A stretch of DNA of 64,000 nt from Macrostomum lignano. Lineage: Eukaryota. How positions within the stretch are numbered: the first letter of the stretch is position 1; each line of letters starts with the position of its first letter. Shown piece by piece: positions 1 to 17,499 of this stretch. The translations under genes were made by a program, and so were the position numbers. The stretch spans positions 620,001 through 684,000 of the forward strand of contig NIVC01000114.1 of the NCBI GenBank assembly GCA_002269645.1, given 5' to 3'. The notes beneath the pieces are model-generated. The model worked only from the letters and a program-made list of their open reading frames with translations, ran no database searches and was not told where the DNA came from.

Positions 1-29
1 GACGGCTCTTGAAATTATTTAAACTCCAG

Positions 30-3000
30 AACTGAAACTTTTGGAGTTTCAAAATGACCACCTAAGGACCGCTGCTCACTATGCCGCCAAGTATAAGGAT
101 GGGGAAAGTTTGCTCACTGAAATAGTTAAGCAGTTCGGGCCAAACTGTCTAACAACTCCAGACGAGGACAAAATAACACCTCTACACCTATCGGCCCGCT
201 ACCATTCCGCCGAGTCTTGGGATCAAAACTTCACAGAATTAATCAAGTCACAAAAATCATTCAGTCTATTGCGTCTCAAAGACTCAAATGGAGACACGTG
301 TGCTCACTGGGCTGCCAAAAACTCGGTATACCCAAAAACGATTCTCAAGATAAATGAAAAATCCTCCACCATGTGCTGGAAGTGGAAAAACAATAGAATT
401 GAGACTGTGTTGCATAAAGTGTTAGAGCACTGCCGAGACGAAGGTGTTCTCCAGGAAATCATCGATGGCATTAAAAATGCCAGTGACTTGCTGACGGACA
501 AAGATGTCGACGGCAACGGTGTGGCCCATTTTGCTGCCAGAAATTCCGCCGATGCCCTTGGCCATTTAGAAACACAAATGAATTTAGATGCTGCCAAGCT
601 AAAGTCCGCCAACAAAAATGGAGAAACAGTTCTACATGTGGCCCTTAAAAAATGCAGCAAGGAAAGGGCTCACAAGTTGATTGAAAAAGCGTCGTCAGGG
701 GTGCCAAGTTGGTACGAGTTGAGAGACAAACAGGGCGACACGTGTCTGCACGCTATTGCTCAGTGTTCTGATCAAGATGATGTACTCCTTGAGGCTGTAG
801 GGGTTGTAGCAGCAAAGCGTCAGAAAAATGCAGATGAGCCAAGTAATAAACCCATCTTAGAAACAATACGTCTGAAAAGTGCATCTCGCATGCAGCGATG
901 GAGTGAATGGAGTGGTCAGTTCAGCCAGCAAACGGATAAAAAAGCTGAAATATCCAACGATCCAGGATGTCTACTTGTTCAAAACAAACAAAAATCAACT
1001 GTTTTACATTACGCTGTCGAAAACTGTCAGTTACAAACTGTCAATGAGCTGCTTCATAAACATTTAAAACAAATCGGCGGTCTTCTCATAGCCGATAAAT
1101 CGGGCAACACGATTTTCCACATCGGTGCCAAAAGGCAGGACAAAAGTGAGCTCTTTCGCATTCTGTTTGAACAATATGGAGTACAATCTCAACTTGAACT
1201 GCCTGCACGCAACAAAACTAGACACTTCAGTTCTATGCAAGCTGTTAGAGAAGATTCCGTCCGACGATGAGGCTGCTACGATCTTTAAAAAAATTTTAGT
1301 CAATTCAAAAACAGGTGCTCACCTAATTCACACGTTCTCAGGCCAATACAATCTGCAGGTAATGCTTGGTTCTATGAAGATTCTATTGAATACCAAGGAC
1401 AAATACAGCCTTATCAAGTCAAAAGTGAAGCCACGCTCCTGCGAAAACGTTGAGGATGCAGATACGTGCTTGCACTTTGCCTGCGCATCCGGCCATCGGC
1501 AAAATATTGTGTTTCTACTTGAGAACAATTTAACGCTTTGGTCCAAGTCCCAGTCAGAAAAATCATGCGTTGACTTAGCTTTTGAGAACGGAAATTTCGA
1601 TGATCTTATTCAAGCTGTTAAGGAGTACAATAAAAAATTAAAGAACAGTGCCAGCGAAAACTCCCAGATCACGGACAAAGATCTCAAGGAGATCAAAATG
1701 ACAGACATTTGGCGCCTTCTAGATCCACCACAACGAGCCCTAAAGCTCCCTGACAGGCAAGCGGCACAAAACACTCTCGTGACTATCACGAATGACTATG
1801 GAACTACATCTGTAAACTCGGGTACGAAGAAGCAAAAGACAGACAGAATGATTCTGATCAGAGCGCTGGAAATGGACTCCAGAAAGATATTTCGTGCAGC
1901 ACTCAGCTTAAACATGATAACACAGGAGACAGAAGCATTCTTCACGAAGCATTTCATCAGCACACTGGATAATGAAGAAAGTATCCAAAGAAGTTTTCTT
2001 CGGCATAACATGTTCAAGCGAATGACTCATGTTGATGACACTTCAGAGCTGGCACTTCTAGACTTGGCCGCATTTTTTGACCGCGACGAAATCCTGCCTG
2101 AGCTAATTCTGACTAGACAGTTTGAGCTGATTCCGTGCTGCCTCAGCTTGCTCATCCAGCTGGGCCCTGAAATAAATAGGATGAGAGCTAAGGCAAAAGG
2201 CAAGCATGAGCAGCTGCTGCAGTTGCAAAAGAAAGTCACAAACATCGCAATGAACGCACTGAATGAACTTTTTGTCAACGCTAGCCCATCGGAGCTCAAG
2301 CTGTTGTTCAGATATATAAAGGGAAAAATGACTATTGCAGGCGGCAGCACCCAAGAAAATAACAAAGAAGGCAGTAAGAACTGTTCTGGACCACAATTTC
2401 CGTACGCAGTGTCCGGTGAGAACATAAGAGAGATAAAATACGGAAGCGTTCTCGATCTAGTGGAAGAAGCCGATAGCCTAGATCTGTTTGCCACCGACTG
2501 CATCTACTCGCTGACGAGAGATGAGTGGAGAGATCCCCATTCTTCGTGCTCAGAATGTTGCGGCAATTATCACTGCCTGCCGTGCAGGCCAAAAATTTCC
2601 CATATTAACTCTCCAAGAGCAAAGTTTTGGACCCATACCACAGCTTTCGTTGGGTTCCTTGGTTTCTTCGGCTGGTACATTCTGAACTTTCAGATTACCT
2701 TTCCACTGCCTGCGGTGGATGCGATTTTAGTAGCCTATTTTCTATCGTTCGCCTCACAAGAAATAGCTGAAAGCTGGAGACTAAGATCTTCAAAAGAGGC
2801 AGTCCGAATTGGTAAATACGTGCTACGAATTCCCACATACATAGCTGACTGCAACAATATTTTTGATGTTTTAGCTATTCTGTTTCTATTTCTTGGCCTG
2901 GTAACAAGATGGAACTACTACGGTAATGGTCTAAAATTGGAGGAAGCCTATCCAAGTCAAATGGTCCTAAGCACGTCCTTTGTGCTTTTCTGCTTTCGCT

Positions 3001-4231
3001 CCGTGACGTTTTTGAGCTACTTTGAGAGCGTCGGGCCAATGATCAGCATGCTGGGGAGACTGATTTATTTCGACTTGTTGCCTTTTCTGACAATTCTGCT
3101 TGTGATTGTTTGCTGCTTTGGAGTATTTTTCACGTGCCTGTTGTTTTCCTTTGCCTGGGCCCCCACAGCTCACGTTGGCAATGCGTACTACGGTTGGGAA
3201 GTCTTCATTCAGGCTGCCACCCTGTCGTTTAACTTGCTGTTTAGCAACTTTGATCAAATCAAGCTCAGTTCCTCTCCAAACAGCACAAAACTCGGAGAAG
3301 TCGCCATCAAACAAGGATATGAGTGGTTCTACTACTTGCTAATATTCATTTTCATGGGCCTGGTGAATGTGGTGATGATGAACCTGCTGATCGCGCTCTT
3401 CAATTTGCGAGTCACTCAAATTTACGGCGTAGCCACCGGGATTTGGAGAAAGAAATTCTTTAAAATGCTGAAGGAGTACAATAAGTTGCCTACAATTCCA
3501 CCGCCTTTCTCTTTTCTGGTGAACTTGCACTATTTTCTGCGGTACGTTGGGAAGAAATTTTGCGAAAGCTGCAGATCGCGAAGTTGCAGTATCAACCAAA
3601 ATGCAGTCGATGACTCTGGCGCCGGTGACTCTGGCGCCACTGACTCTGGCGCCACTGACTCTGAGAGACGAAGTGACAACGACCAGGTAAGGCTTATAAT
3701 CGTACTTCGCCCTAAAAATCGTGACAGCGAATAATTTTTTTAACGTTTCAGGTAAACGGTGCGAATTGGTGGCAAGACAAGTCGCTCTACCCGCCAGACT
3801 ACAACCGGTTTCTGGAGTTCCAGGCGATTCAATTCCGTCGCTGCCGCTCCCGCCTGCTACGGGACACCCAGTGGAACAGAAACGACTTCGACGTGGCAAA
3901 GGCGCACACAGCAAACGAGCTGTCGGAGTTGAAATTGGAGGTTCAAGAAATGCTTGAAGATTTAAAGCACCAAGGAGAGGAACATTACCACAAGCATGAT
4001 AATTCGACGAATGCAAAGCCTGAAGGAAATGAGAGGGGTCAGACTTCCGAGGGCCCAGTTGACGTGAAGCAGCAAGTACTCCTACTCCTACAGGAAAGCG
4101 AACGGAACAGATTTGAAACCAAGCAGCTTCATGCGAAAACTGAGGGTAAAGTAAAGAGAATGAGGCATCGAATGAAGAGCATGGAATCAAAACTAGAGCA
4201 GGTCTTGGCTGCAGTTCAGCAGCAGCATTAG
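30..4231 (+). CDS. Ankyrin-repeat TRP cation channel (3' part; TRPM-like transmembrane region, C-terminal coiled coil)
   Basis: Exon starts after CCAG at 28-29. ORF 41-1270 has ankyrin repeats (TPLHLSA, TCAHWAA, TVLHVAL, TVLHYAV, TIFHIGA). ORF 1125-3734 has further ankyrin repeats, six TM segments, NLLIALFN, TRP box WRKKFF and PTIPPPFS. Phase-0 intron 3687-3751 (GTAAGG..TTTCAG) joins to a last exon 3752-4231 with a coiled coil. The junction between the two ORFs (~1146-1240) is unresolved. Confidence 0.85.
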
Positions 4232-4955
4232 ACCGCATGTAACTGCCGGGCTAGCTACTATCGCTTGCAGCAAACAATTATTTTTTGTATAAATGGGTTA
4301 CTTTTTAACTTCTAATTGCTACCTTTGTTAGGACTCGTATTTTGTTAATGATAGTTTTTTTCTAAAGTAAAGGGCACACAGATTTCTTAACATCATCCCG
4401 TAATTACTTGTCTGTAACCTCTGTGAGTACTACAGCAGCAATTAAGGCTGTTGGGTGTTGCTGTAGGATAGGAAAGTGGATTTAGAACACCGGAAAAAAA
4501 CAAAAGCGCTTACAGCAGTCTTTTATTATCTGAAATATTGCATGCTCCTAATTTTAAGTTTGGTTGCAGGTAAATCAATGTCTAAAGTTTTAATTATTTT
4601 TAGACTCTTTACTATAGAACTTAGAGGAGCTATTTTTTCTATCTACAAAGAAAAATTTCTATTTTCAAGAAACTGTTTTAATCGTTTTGGTGAAAGCACC
4701 TAGCTATACCGGCATATATTGAAATCTTCTAATGATGACAGCTAAATATTTGCTGCAATCTTTTCCTGTTTTAGCTCGTAGTTTTTTGTCGTAGCTGCTA
4801 GATCGACACCTTTAAAGTTTCGTTTTTTAGGGAATTTAGAAAACCCTTTTTTGTAGCTGTTAGTTACAAGCGATCTAATTTTTAAGACATTTTCTTTACT
4901 AAAAGCTGCATGGCTATCAAAGTTTTTACTCAAGATTTTTGTTTCATTTCGCTCG

Positions 4956-6258
4956 AAAAAGTTCTGTCACTTTCCTAACTAGAAACAAAACAAACAACGA
5001 TGTAACTATTAATCGTCCTGCACTTTCTCAACAAAGTTCCCACGCAGTGACACACTTGGCCCAGCGCTCTGGTAGCTTCTGAATGCCCGCAGCGTACCAG
5101 TCTTCATCCTGGTGTTTGCACCACTGGTTCACCGAGGATGCCAGTGCAGTCACAGAAGCCCAGTGGCGCCCTCGCAGCGAGTTTTTCAGCGCCGGAAACA
5201 GCCAGAAGTCCGATGGGGCCAGGTCTGGCGAATGAGCAGGGTGAGGGAGCTGCTCGAACCCCAGCTCGCGGATAGCAGCCTGCGCCTTGTGACAGGTGTG
5301 CGCCGAGGCGGTTGTCATGGAGAAGCCGGATGCCCCTAGTGACCTTTCCACGCCTCTTCTCCTTGATTGCTTCCTTCAGCTGGCGCAATGTGGCAACGTA
5401 AGAGTCTCCCGTAACCGTCCGCTTCTCAGGCAGCCACTCGATTAGCAGCACCCCTTGCCGATCCCAGAAGATGGTGCCCATCCGCTTCTTCATTGATGGC
5501 ACCGTCTTGGCCTTCATCGGAGTGGGTTCATCGGGGCGCTTCCACTGCATGCTTTGAGCTTTGGTCTCCGGCTCGTATAGGGAGAACATCGACTCATCGC
5601 CTGTCACGATAGAGTCGAGAAACTCATCTTGGCGGTGCTGCATCAGGTGGAGCAGGTACTGACACGCCTGCATCCGATTGCGCTGCATCTCCGCAGTCAG
5701 GAGTTTCGGCACCCATCTGGCACAAATCTTCGACATTCCCAGCTGGACCGTCAGGATGGACTGCGCGCTGCCATAACTGATACCACAGGCCTCTGCTATC
5801 TCAGCAATAGTCACTCGCGTGTCCTCGTCAAGGAGGCTCTGGACGCTGTCGATAACACTCTGGTTGGTGGAGGTCCTGGGTCTGCCACTGCGAGGTTCGT
5901 CTTCGAAGTCCCCTTTGCCTCCTTCGAAACTGTGAATCCAGCGAATGATGGTGCGATATGACGGTGCAGACTCTCCATGTTGATCACGCAAGCGGGCTTC
6001 AATATCCTTAGCTGCTGTGCCACGCCTCCACTCATAATGGATGATGGCACGTATGGATTCGCTTGAGATTGACATAGTTGCTCAAGGGTGGTGATGAAGA
6101 AATGCTGCAGATTCTTGAGTTAAGCAAGAGTGGCTTCAAAAATTTATGGTTAAGTAGGGGACATGATGTGTCTATGGTAACAACTAAAATCAATTAGAGA
6201 GAAGTCCCGTGTGCAGAAAAAGTTAAGCAGTGACAGAACTTTTTGATCGCCCCTCGTA
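4956..6258 (-). mobile_element. Mariner (DD34D) DNA transposon, inactivated
   Basis: Transposase 6075-5028 with HTH, WVPKLL, VTGDES, LHDN and HSPDLAPSD motifs. Frameshifts occur near 5315 (after HDN) and near 5040. TIR core AAAAAGTTCTGTCACT at 4956-4971 is inverted at 6229-6244. The right end reads GATCGCCCCTCGTA-TA; the outer part of the left TIR is lost. Confidence 0.9.
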
Positions 6259-6483
6259 TAACAAGAACGAGATAACAAATTGATAGAACGTTTGCTATTC
6301 CAGTGTTTTTGTAGAGTAGTTAGTTGGTTCTTTACTGGTTGATATTACATGTATTTTAAATAAATCTCAATTACGTACTAAGCTTTGTTTATATTCAGCT
6401 ATAAATTTATATCGCAACTAAAATGTTTCGAAATCCATTAAAACCTTTTCAAGCCTGAATTCCTAAATAGAAAGCTCCGTTCC

Positions 6484-8904
6484 TGCCGGCATGGTCAGCA
6501 GAGCTGACCATAGACTATTTCAAGTTTTCAGTGAACTGAATTGCACTGCCACTCCTGCCGATAAGCCAGCCATCGCTGGTCTAATCTAGGGTTGAAGGAG
6601 AATGTACTTTTGGAATGGGTTGCACACACGCTTATCAAAACTGTACAAGACTGGCCATAGACAGTCCAGTTTTAGTATATTAAGGGCTGTGCCAAATTCT
6701 GTACAATTCTATTCATGTAATTCAAATCAATCCAAATATGGATATTCTGTTGACTTCCGACTCCGAAAGTGACGCTGGAATAGCGGAGAACTCCGAGTCG
6801 TCTGAGTCGGTCACTATCAGCGAAGTAGAAGACGATTGGCAGTTTGTGGAGCCAGGCGAAGACATTGTTGAAGACGGCCCCAGTTTCACTGGAATTTCGG
6901 GTGTAAACCCCAGCATTGTCCTTCCCGAAGACCGTGAAGACATCCAATATTTTCTACGACTGTTTCTAACCGATGAGCTGCTGGATAAGATCGTGGAGTG
7001 GACAAACGCAAAAGCTTGGGCTGAGTATGAGCAGGCGACACATGATGGAGAAGATGTTTCGAGCTTGCTGAAGTCATGGAAGGACACAAACCGCAGTGAG
7101 ATATCCAAGCTGTTGGGTATGTACCTGTTCATGGGCATCTCACGGAAGCCGGAACTGCATGATTACTGGAGCACCAGTGTCATTCACAGTACTCCGTTTT
7201 TTCAATCGCCCAATGGCTTGACCCGTGACCGATTCAAGCAGCTGCTGGCCTTCCTTCGTTTCTACGATGCACGAGCACCCGCCTCGAACGACCCACTGCA
7301 CAAGATTCGGCCGCTGCTCCGTCTGGCTCAGCAGCTCTGCGCGAACGTGTACCAGCCGGAGCAGCAGGTCAGCGTCGACGAGTCCCTGATTCTGTACAAG
7401 GGGCGCCTTCAGTTTAGGCAGTACATCCCATCGAAGAGAGCCAGAGTTGGAATTAAAATGTACTGCGCCTGTGAGTCTGCATCTGGCTACCTGTATAACT
7501 TTCTAGTACATTCGACTGCTGAAGAGAACTCTCATTTTGGCGACGACCTCGGTTGTGACCAGCTGTCTCTAAGCGAGAAAATCGTAGTGCACCTTTGCAA
7601 GGACCTGCTCGGTTTCGGCTATCACCTTTTCGTCGACAAGTGGTTTGCCTCAGTACGGCTTGCGACTTTTCTGTACGAACGCAGCACACTGCTGACAGCA
7701 ACTGTTCGAGCCGACCGTGGAGTGCCGTTGGCATTGCGCAGTCAGCAGGTGCCGTTGAATGACGTAGTTTTCATGAGGAAGCTGCCAGTGCTGGCCATGA
7801 AAATCCTGGAGCGCAAGGAAAGCGGCTTGAAAACATTCTTCATGATCGACACCCACGGCTCAGCTCAGAAAGTAGCGACGAACCGAATTCGCAAGAATGG
7901 TGAAGCTGTGCAAGTGCAGAAAAGCGCCTCGAACCTGCTGTACAACCGCTGCATGGGAGGCGTTGACCGACTCGATGCCATGCTGAAACCGTACGACAGC
8001 TGCCGCAAAACCTACAAGTGGTTTCATAAGTTGGGGTTTCATCTCTGCCTGCTGCTTGTACACAATGCATGGGTTGTATACTCAAAGCACGGTGGCCGGC
8101 TGCAGTTCTTCAAATTCCTGGAGAGCTGTATCACCCTACTGGTTGACTCCACGGGACCAGGAAGACAGCGAACGGCAGCTAGGCAACCAGCGGCGGCCGC
8201 AGCTCAGCAGCACTTTCCATCAAAGCTGCCTCCGAGGGAATCGTGCCCGAGGCCGGTGAAGCGATGCCGCGTGTGCTACCGCAACGGCACTGCGAAGCGC
8301 ACCGTGTTCTGCTGCAGTGCGTGTCCGAATGCACCTGGACTGTGCCCAAGTCCCTGCTTTGAACGGTGGCATGTGAATCACTGAATTAAAGAACTCCTTT
8401 CACCAGCCGTACTATATAATTCGCGTTTGTATTCGGCATTGACTATTAATTTTTTACCTTTATGTTAAGACAAAAATAATTAAATGTCCAACTGCGGCAC
8501 TCTACCACAATATTGTTCCCTGTATTATTATATGCTACTATACGAGCGTACATGTAGTTGCGTCTCAAAATCATAAATTTTTTATTGCTTTTGGACAAAT
8601 ATCTTCTTTTGCTTGAACTTTAACTTTAACTTTCCCTTTAACTTTATAGTTCGAAATTAATTCAACAATAAACTGCATCTTTCTTCTGTGCCATTGTTAG
8701 TACATGAAAGTTGCTCTAGTGGTCGCTACAGAGTGCTACAGACTGAGTGAGTGCGCTATTTATTCCATGGTCAGCTCAGCTGACCATGTTCGGCAGGAAA
8801 GGAGCTGCAATTCTGCGCCTCACTGGCCATAGACTACCAATTTTTTTTCTCGTCACCTATTCTATGGCTATGGTCAGCTCTGCTAGCCACCCGGCATCTA
8901 AGGG
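6484..8904 (+). mobile_element. piggyBac DNA transposon
   Basis: Right end ...CATCTAAGGG followed by TTAA (8905-8908). Palindromic subterminal motif ATGGTCAGC-N3-GCTGACCAT at ~6491-6511 and ~8767-8787, with a partial copy at ~8870. No clear left TTAA-CCCT terminus was found. Confidence 0.8.
6738..8384 (+). CDS. piggyBac transposase, intact 548-aa ORF
   Basis: Acidic N-terminus; catalytic motifs VSVDES, LFVDKWF and MGGVDRLD; C-terminal Cys-rich domain CRVC..CCSAC..LC..CF..WH. Confidence 0.92.
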   Translation: MDILLTSDSESDAGIAENSESSESVTISEVEDDWQFVEPGEDIVEDGPSFTGISGVNPSIVLPEDREDIQYFLRLFLTDELLDKIVEWTNAKAWAEYEQATHDGEDVSSLLKSWKDTNRSEISKLLGMYLFMGISRKPELHDYWSTSVIHSTPFFQSPNGLTRDRFKQLLAFLRFYDARAPASNDPLHKIRPLLRLAQQLCANVYQPEQQVSVDESLILYKGRLQFRQYIPSKRARVGIKMYCACESASGYLYNFLVHSTAEENSHFGDDLGCDQLSLSEKIVVHLCKDLLGFGYHLFVDKWFASVRLATFLYERSTLLTATVRADRGVPLALRSQQVPLNDVVFMRKLPVLAMKILERKESGLKTFFMIDTHGSAQKVATNRIRKNGEAVQVQKSASNLLYNRCMGGVDRLDAMLKPYDSCRKTYKWFHKLGFHLCLLLVHNAWVVYSKHGGRLQFFKFLESCITLLVDSTGPGRQRTAARQPAAAAAQQHFPSKLPPRESCPRPVKRCRVCYRNGTAKRTVFCCSACPNAPGLCPSPCFERWHVNH

Positions 8905-10137
8905 TTAAGGGCTAGATCAGATGCACTTGATTTGTGACGGTCTTTAATTAGTGTAAAATGTTCATTAGTTAACTTTAGTCAGCGTCTAATTCTTGATGCA
9001 GCATGCCACTTCAAGACATGCACCGAGCTTAACAACTTTAATGAAAGTAGTTTACCTGACTCAAAAATGCAAATCAAATGCATTTAAAGTTTAATCCAAA
9101 TAGATAAAGCGACTGGTATTCGCTAAAAAAGTATTATTTTAACAAAAAATACAATTTGATTTTAAGTTAACGAAAAAATTATAAATTTTGACATGTTTTT
9201 ATAAATTTTCAAATTGCCGAAAATTTAAATTGAATCTGTTTTAAAGCTTTCTGATTTGGTTAAGCAGAAAGTCTCCTATTATTTTTTTCAAATCATTCTA
9301 TTCTCAACTGGTGTCTTTCAAGGCGCTCTGTTAACTAACGGTAAGTAGGCTTCAATTCACAGTAAAAAACCCAGGATATAAAAGTAGCCGTAGCTATAAA
9401 CGTTATCAAAGGTCTTAATAGTCGTACTTTCGCTATCAAGATTAGAGGTCGGGGACGGAGTATGCTGAGTTGCAGTTTACATGTAAATGAAAGTCATGCT
9501 GTACTGCCTTGAAAACTTTGTTTTAATCATAAGCTGGGTGAAAAACTAAGTGAAAATCCATAGTGAGGAAGAATCCAGTGTTGAGAATGATTCACCTAAT
9601 CTAACCTAAGAACTACCGCACGAACGACCATGGCATTCACCTCATGTAGCATCCAGAAAGTACGGACGCCGGAACCACTCCAAGATGGCATTTTTGCTGC
9701 TATCATTTAATAAAGAAGATAATATTGATAGTTTTTTTTTACTAAAAGCAAATCAAACTCCGATGTAAATGCCTGACGGCTATACACCCTGTGTGAGCGT
9801 GTGCATGAGTCAAGAGTGTATGGGCAGAATTGCTTCAGCATTAGCTATGGGACGATGTCGCTGGATGTGTTGCACCAGGGTGTCTAAGAATAAACAAAGA
9901 TAACCTAAATCCTACTAGAGTCTTCCTTAGGACCTACTTTAATTAAAATATGAAAAAAAATACTTATTCACAAAATAATTGGGTGACTAAAAAGTCATTT
10001 CAGCAAGCTGAAATATTAAGCTACAAAGTATTTTATATAAACACACGCGTTTATTATTTCAGCTCAATGGTAAACACATACACACACACACAAATTACAA
10101 TGTTGTTGATAACCAGTAACACTAATTAGGTAATTAA

Positions 10138-14906
<4,769 letters not shown>

Positions 14907-15062
14907 CTGAAAGTAGTATTTTAAGTATTTTCTATTAATATATATATTGAAAAAAAATAAACAAAACAATGCCAGATAACAACTCTTTCACAAGAATTAG
15001 GCCTGTAAACGAGAGTTTAGCTTTGATAGTAAACTTAAGAAAAATTAATAATAGCATAAATA

Positions 15063-15145
15063 CTAGCAATCTTCGCCCCCCGATGGGGGACATCTAGATA
15101 GAATCTCTGTTCTCTACAAGTATCAATAAGATGGCCAAACAAATA
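15063..15145 (-). mobile_element. Helitron-like 3' terminus
   Basis: Minus strand reads hairpin GTCCCCC-ATC-GGGGGGC, 8 nt, then CTAG followed by T. A near-identical ~85-bp sequence starts at 58697. Confidence 0.65.
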
Positions 15146-15441
15146 CCTTTTTACATTAGAAATACTTTTTGAAATCAAAATATGGTAGAAAAATATAGGC
15201 ACCAAATAATAAATAAAGCTACAAAAAAATAAACAATTGTACTAGGATTTTAACTAAATATCTCTAAAATTATTAAAAAAGTTAAATGATAGCAAAATTA
15301 TTTACTATTACATTAAAAATGGTTTATCATAATATGCAAACTGATAATATATTTGATCTTGTAAATGGAAGTTTTTGTTATATCCTACTATATTTTATAT
15401 ATGCAAAATTGTAAGCCAATTATTAATTAACAAACCAAGGG

Positions 15442-16737
15442 CACAGATACTAAAACACTAGATGGGTCACTTAATGCAAATTCGCTCAATGTCTGAATAG
15501 CCTACTCTCTTCTGGGCATATGAACGCGCAAGACTATCGATTTTTGTTCTCCCACGTCAGTGCTATGGTTTAAGCCATAGACAAAAGTTTCAAGCATCGA
15601 AATAAAGCTTACTAGTAGGGGTTCAGCATGGCTTTTCTATTAGATATCAGAGCGAAAGCAAGGAGTATATATATTTTGACTTTTCTCCTTTGCTAATTCG
15701 TTTTCATTTAAGCAAGTAAAAACAATTGTCTAAATGGCTGCTGGAGGAAGAACGCATGAAGATTGAGTGCTGGCAAATATCGAAGAGTTGAAATACACAA
15801 GCGAAGATTGCTGTTCGGTGACTTGTACCAGCACTAGTACCTCTGTAAACGAAGATGGCATCCTGATTCGCATGCACCAGTTTCCGAAGAATCAGTCCGA
15901 AGAAGAAGTGGCAATCAATGCTGGAGTTACGAGCCATTTCACTCGAGAAGCTGTGGAAAATGAAGTGGAAGGTATGCAGCTTGCATTTTACAGAAGAGGC
16001 ATACAATTGCCCAAGACTACGCCATGACCGAAGTACAAGGCTACGGAGGGATGCTGTTCCTGACAGAGAGCTGGTGTTGCCACGACTAATCAGGGAGTTC
16101 GCTCGTCTCAGACTGCATCACTGGTGCCGCTGTGAGGCCAAGCCGCTGAAGGATAGGACAGCGCGATGCTCAGCAAGCAGAAAGATGAGTAAACTTAATT
16201 AACCTTTGTGTTTGTATTAAACATTTAATTGTATTTCGTTCTTTGTCACATTCGTTAACTTCAATTTGTTCATGAACATTTGCTTTAACTACCGGGTAAG
16301 TAGCTAGCTTAAACTATAAAGTAAAATTTTGTTTTCATAATGCTTTTGTCTTGCCCAAATGCTTTATATGTACGAGTATAATATTTACTTTTGTGAAATC
16401 TTCTTTCAATCTGTGTATACATGATAAGTTGATACGACCCTGTGCATCAAAATATATATACATGTAAGTGCAATGCACATGCCTCTATTATAACAAGTTT
16501 AAACCAAGCCCACATTTTTGTTAAATTTTTTCATTTTCCGTCGGTAATAAACTTCAATGATTGAAAAATGAGGGTCTGAAATGTCAAAACTTTTTTGTCT
16601 ACATCATAATCTAAATATTATATTAAAATTTTACTTGATGCACAAATATATCCAAAAAACTCTATACAGACGCCCAATTGAAAGTAGCTTATTCATGAAA
16701 TAGGCGAGTGACCCATCTAGTGTTTTTATTATCTATG
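15442..16737 (+). mobile_element. Non-autonomous P-element-like DNA transposon carrying a THAP remnant
   Basis: TIRs CACAGATACTAAAACACTAGATGGGTCAC (15442-15470) and GTGACCCATCTAGTGTTTTTATTATCTATG (16708-16737). 8-bp TSD ACCAAGGG at 15434-15441 and 16738-16745. CA..TG termini. Confidence 0.85.
15734..16190 (+). pseudogene. THAP zinc-finger domain, frameshifted
   Basis: CCSVTC..RMHQFPKNQ in one frame, then KKKWQSM..KVCSLHFTEEAY..LRRDAVP in the +1 frame, with the shift near 15895. An in-frame TGA at 15764 follows the ATG at 15734. Confidence 0.8.
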
Positions 16738-17499
16738 ACCAAGGGTAAGTTACAAAATTAACAACTTTATATTTTTATGACCATTTTAACAAAATTTGAT
16801 GACAAAAAAAGATTTTTTACTTTCATTTTTGTGAGTTTCAAAATGAAGTCTTATTTAGCCAAAACGAAGTCACATATACTTGAAGTCATTCAAGCCTTTA
16901 AATCTTAAATTGCTTTTAGGATTTTTCATAATACAATGCTAAGAAGGACCTATCAAACCTGGTGACACAATAAGTTAAACTATATAGAAGTTTATCCCTA
17001 ATTGAAATATTGGGATTTTAAACCAAATGCCAAGGTATATATGTCTTTGACCATAAAATTTAGCAAGACATTTTTTCTTCCTAACTGTCAGAGTTAAACT
17101 TTAAACAAGTTAAATAAAAAATTCCAGACAGGCAAATTATTCTATTTTTAGTGTTTTACAATAGGCATATGTTATCTTTTAGAAAAAAAACATTTAAGAT
17201 GATCAGGCAATTAAAATTCACAGGAATTCAAAAGCATTTTTGTTTCCATATGGGCATGTTTCTTTGGCTATGATTATCATACCTACTAAAATATTTTTTT
17301 CCAAATGAAACTACAATTCCAAAAACTTTTTTTCTATTAACTAGGATGAAGAATTGTTATTTTAGGACCAAAAAACTAGCACAAACAATCTTTTTATGTA
17401 TTACAATTTAGCATTATATCCTGAAACCTACAACCATGAAATAAAACAAAAGAAAAACCATGAAACATGGAATTGTTGAAATCATATTTGAGTTTTGAC

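Noticed and set aside
4425-4470. Imperfect hairpin CTACAGCAGCA..TGTTGCTGTAG downstream of the TRP gene
   Set aside because: Short single occurrence with no supporting features.
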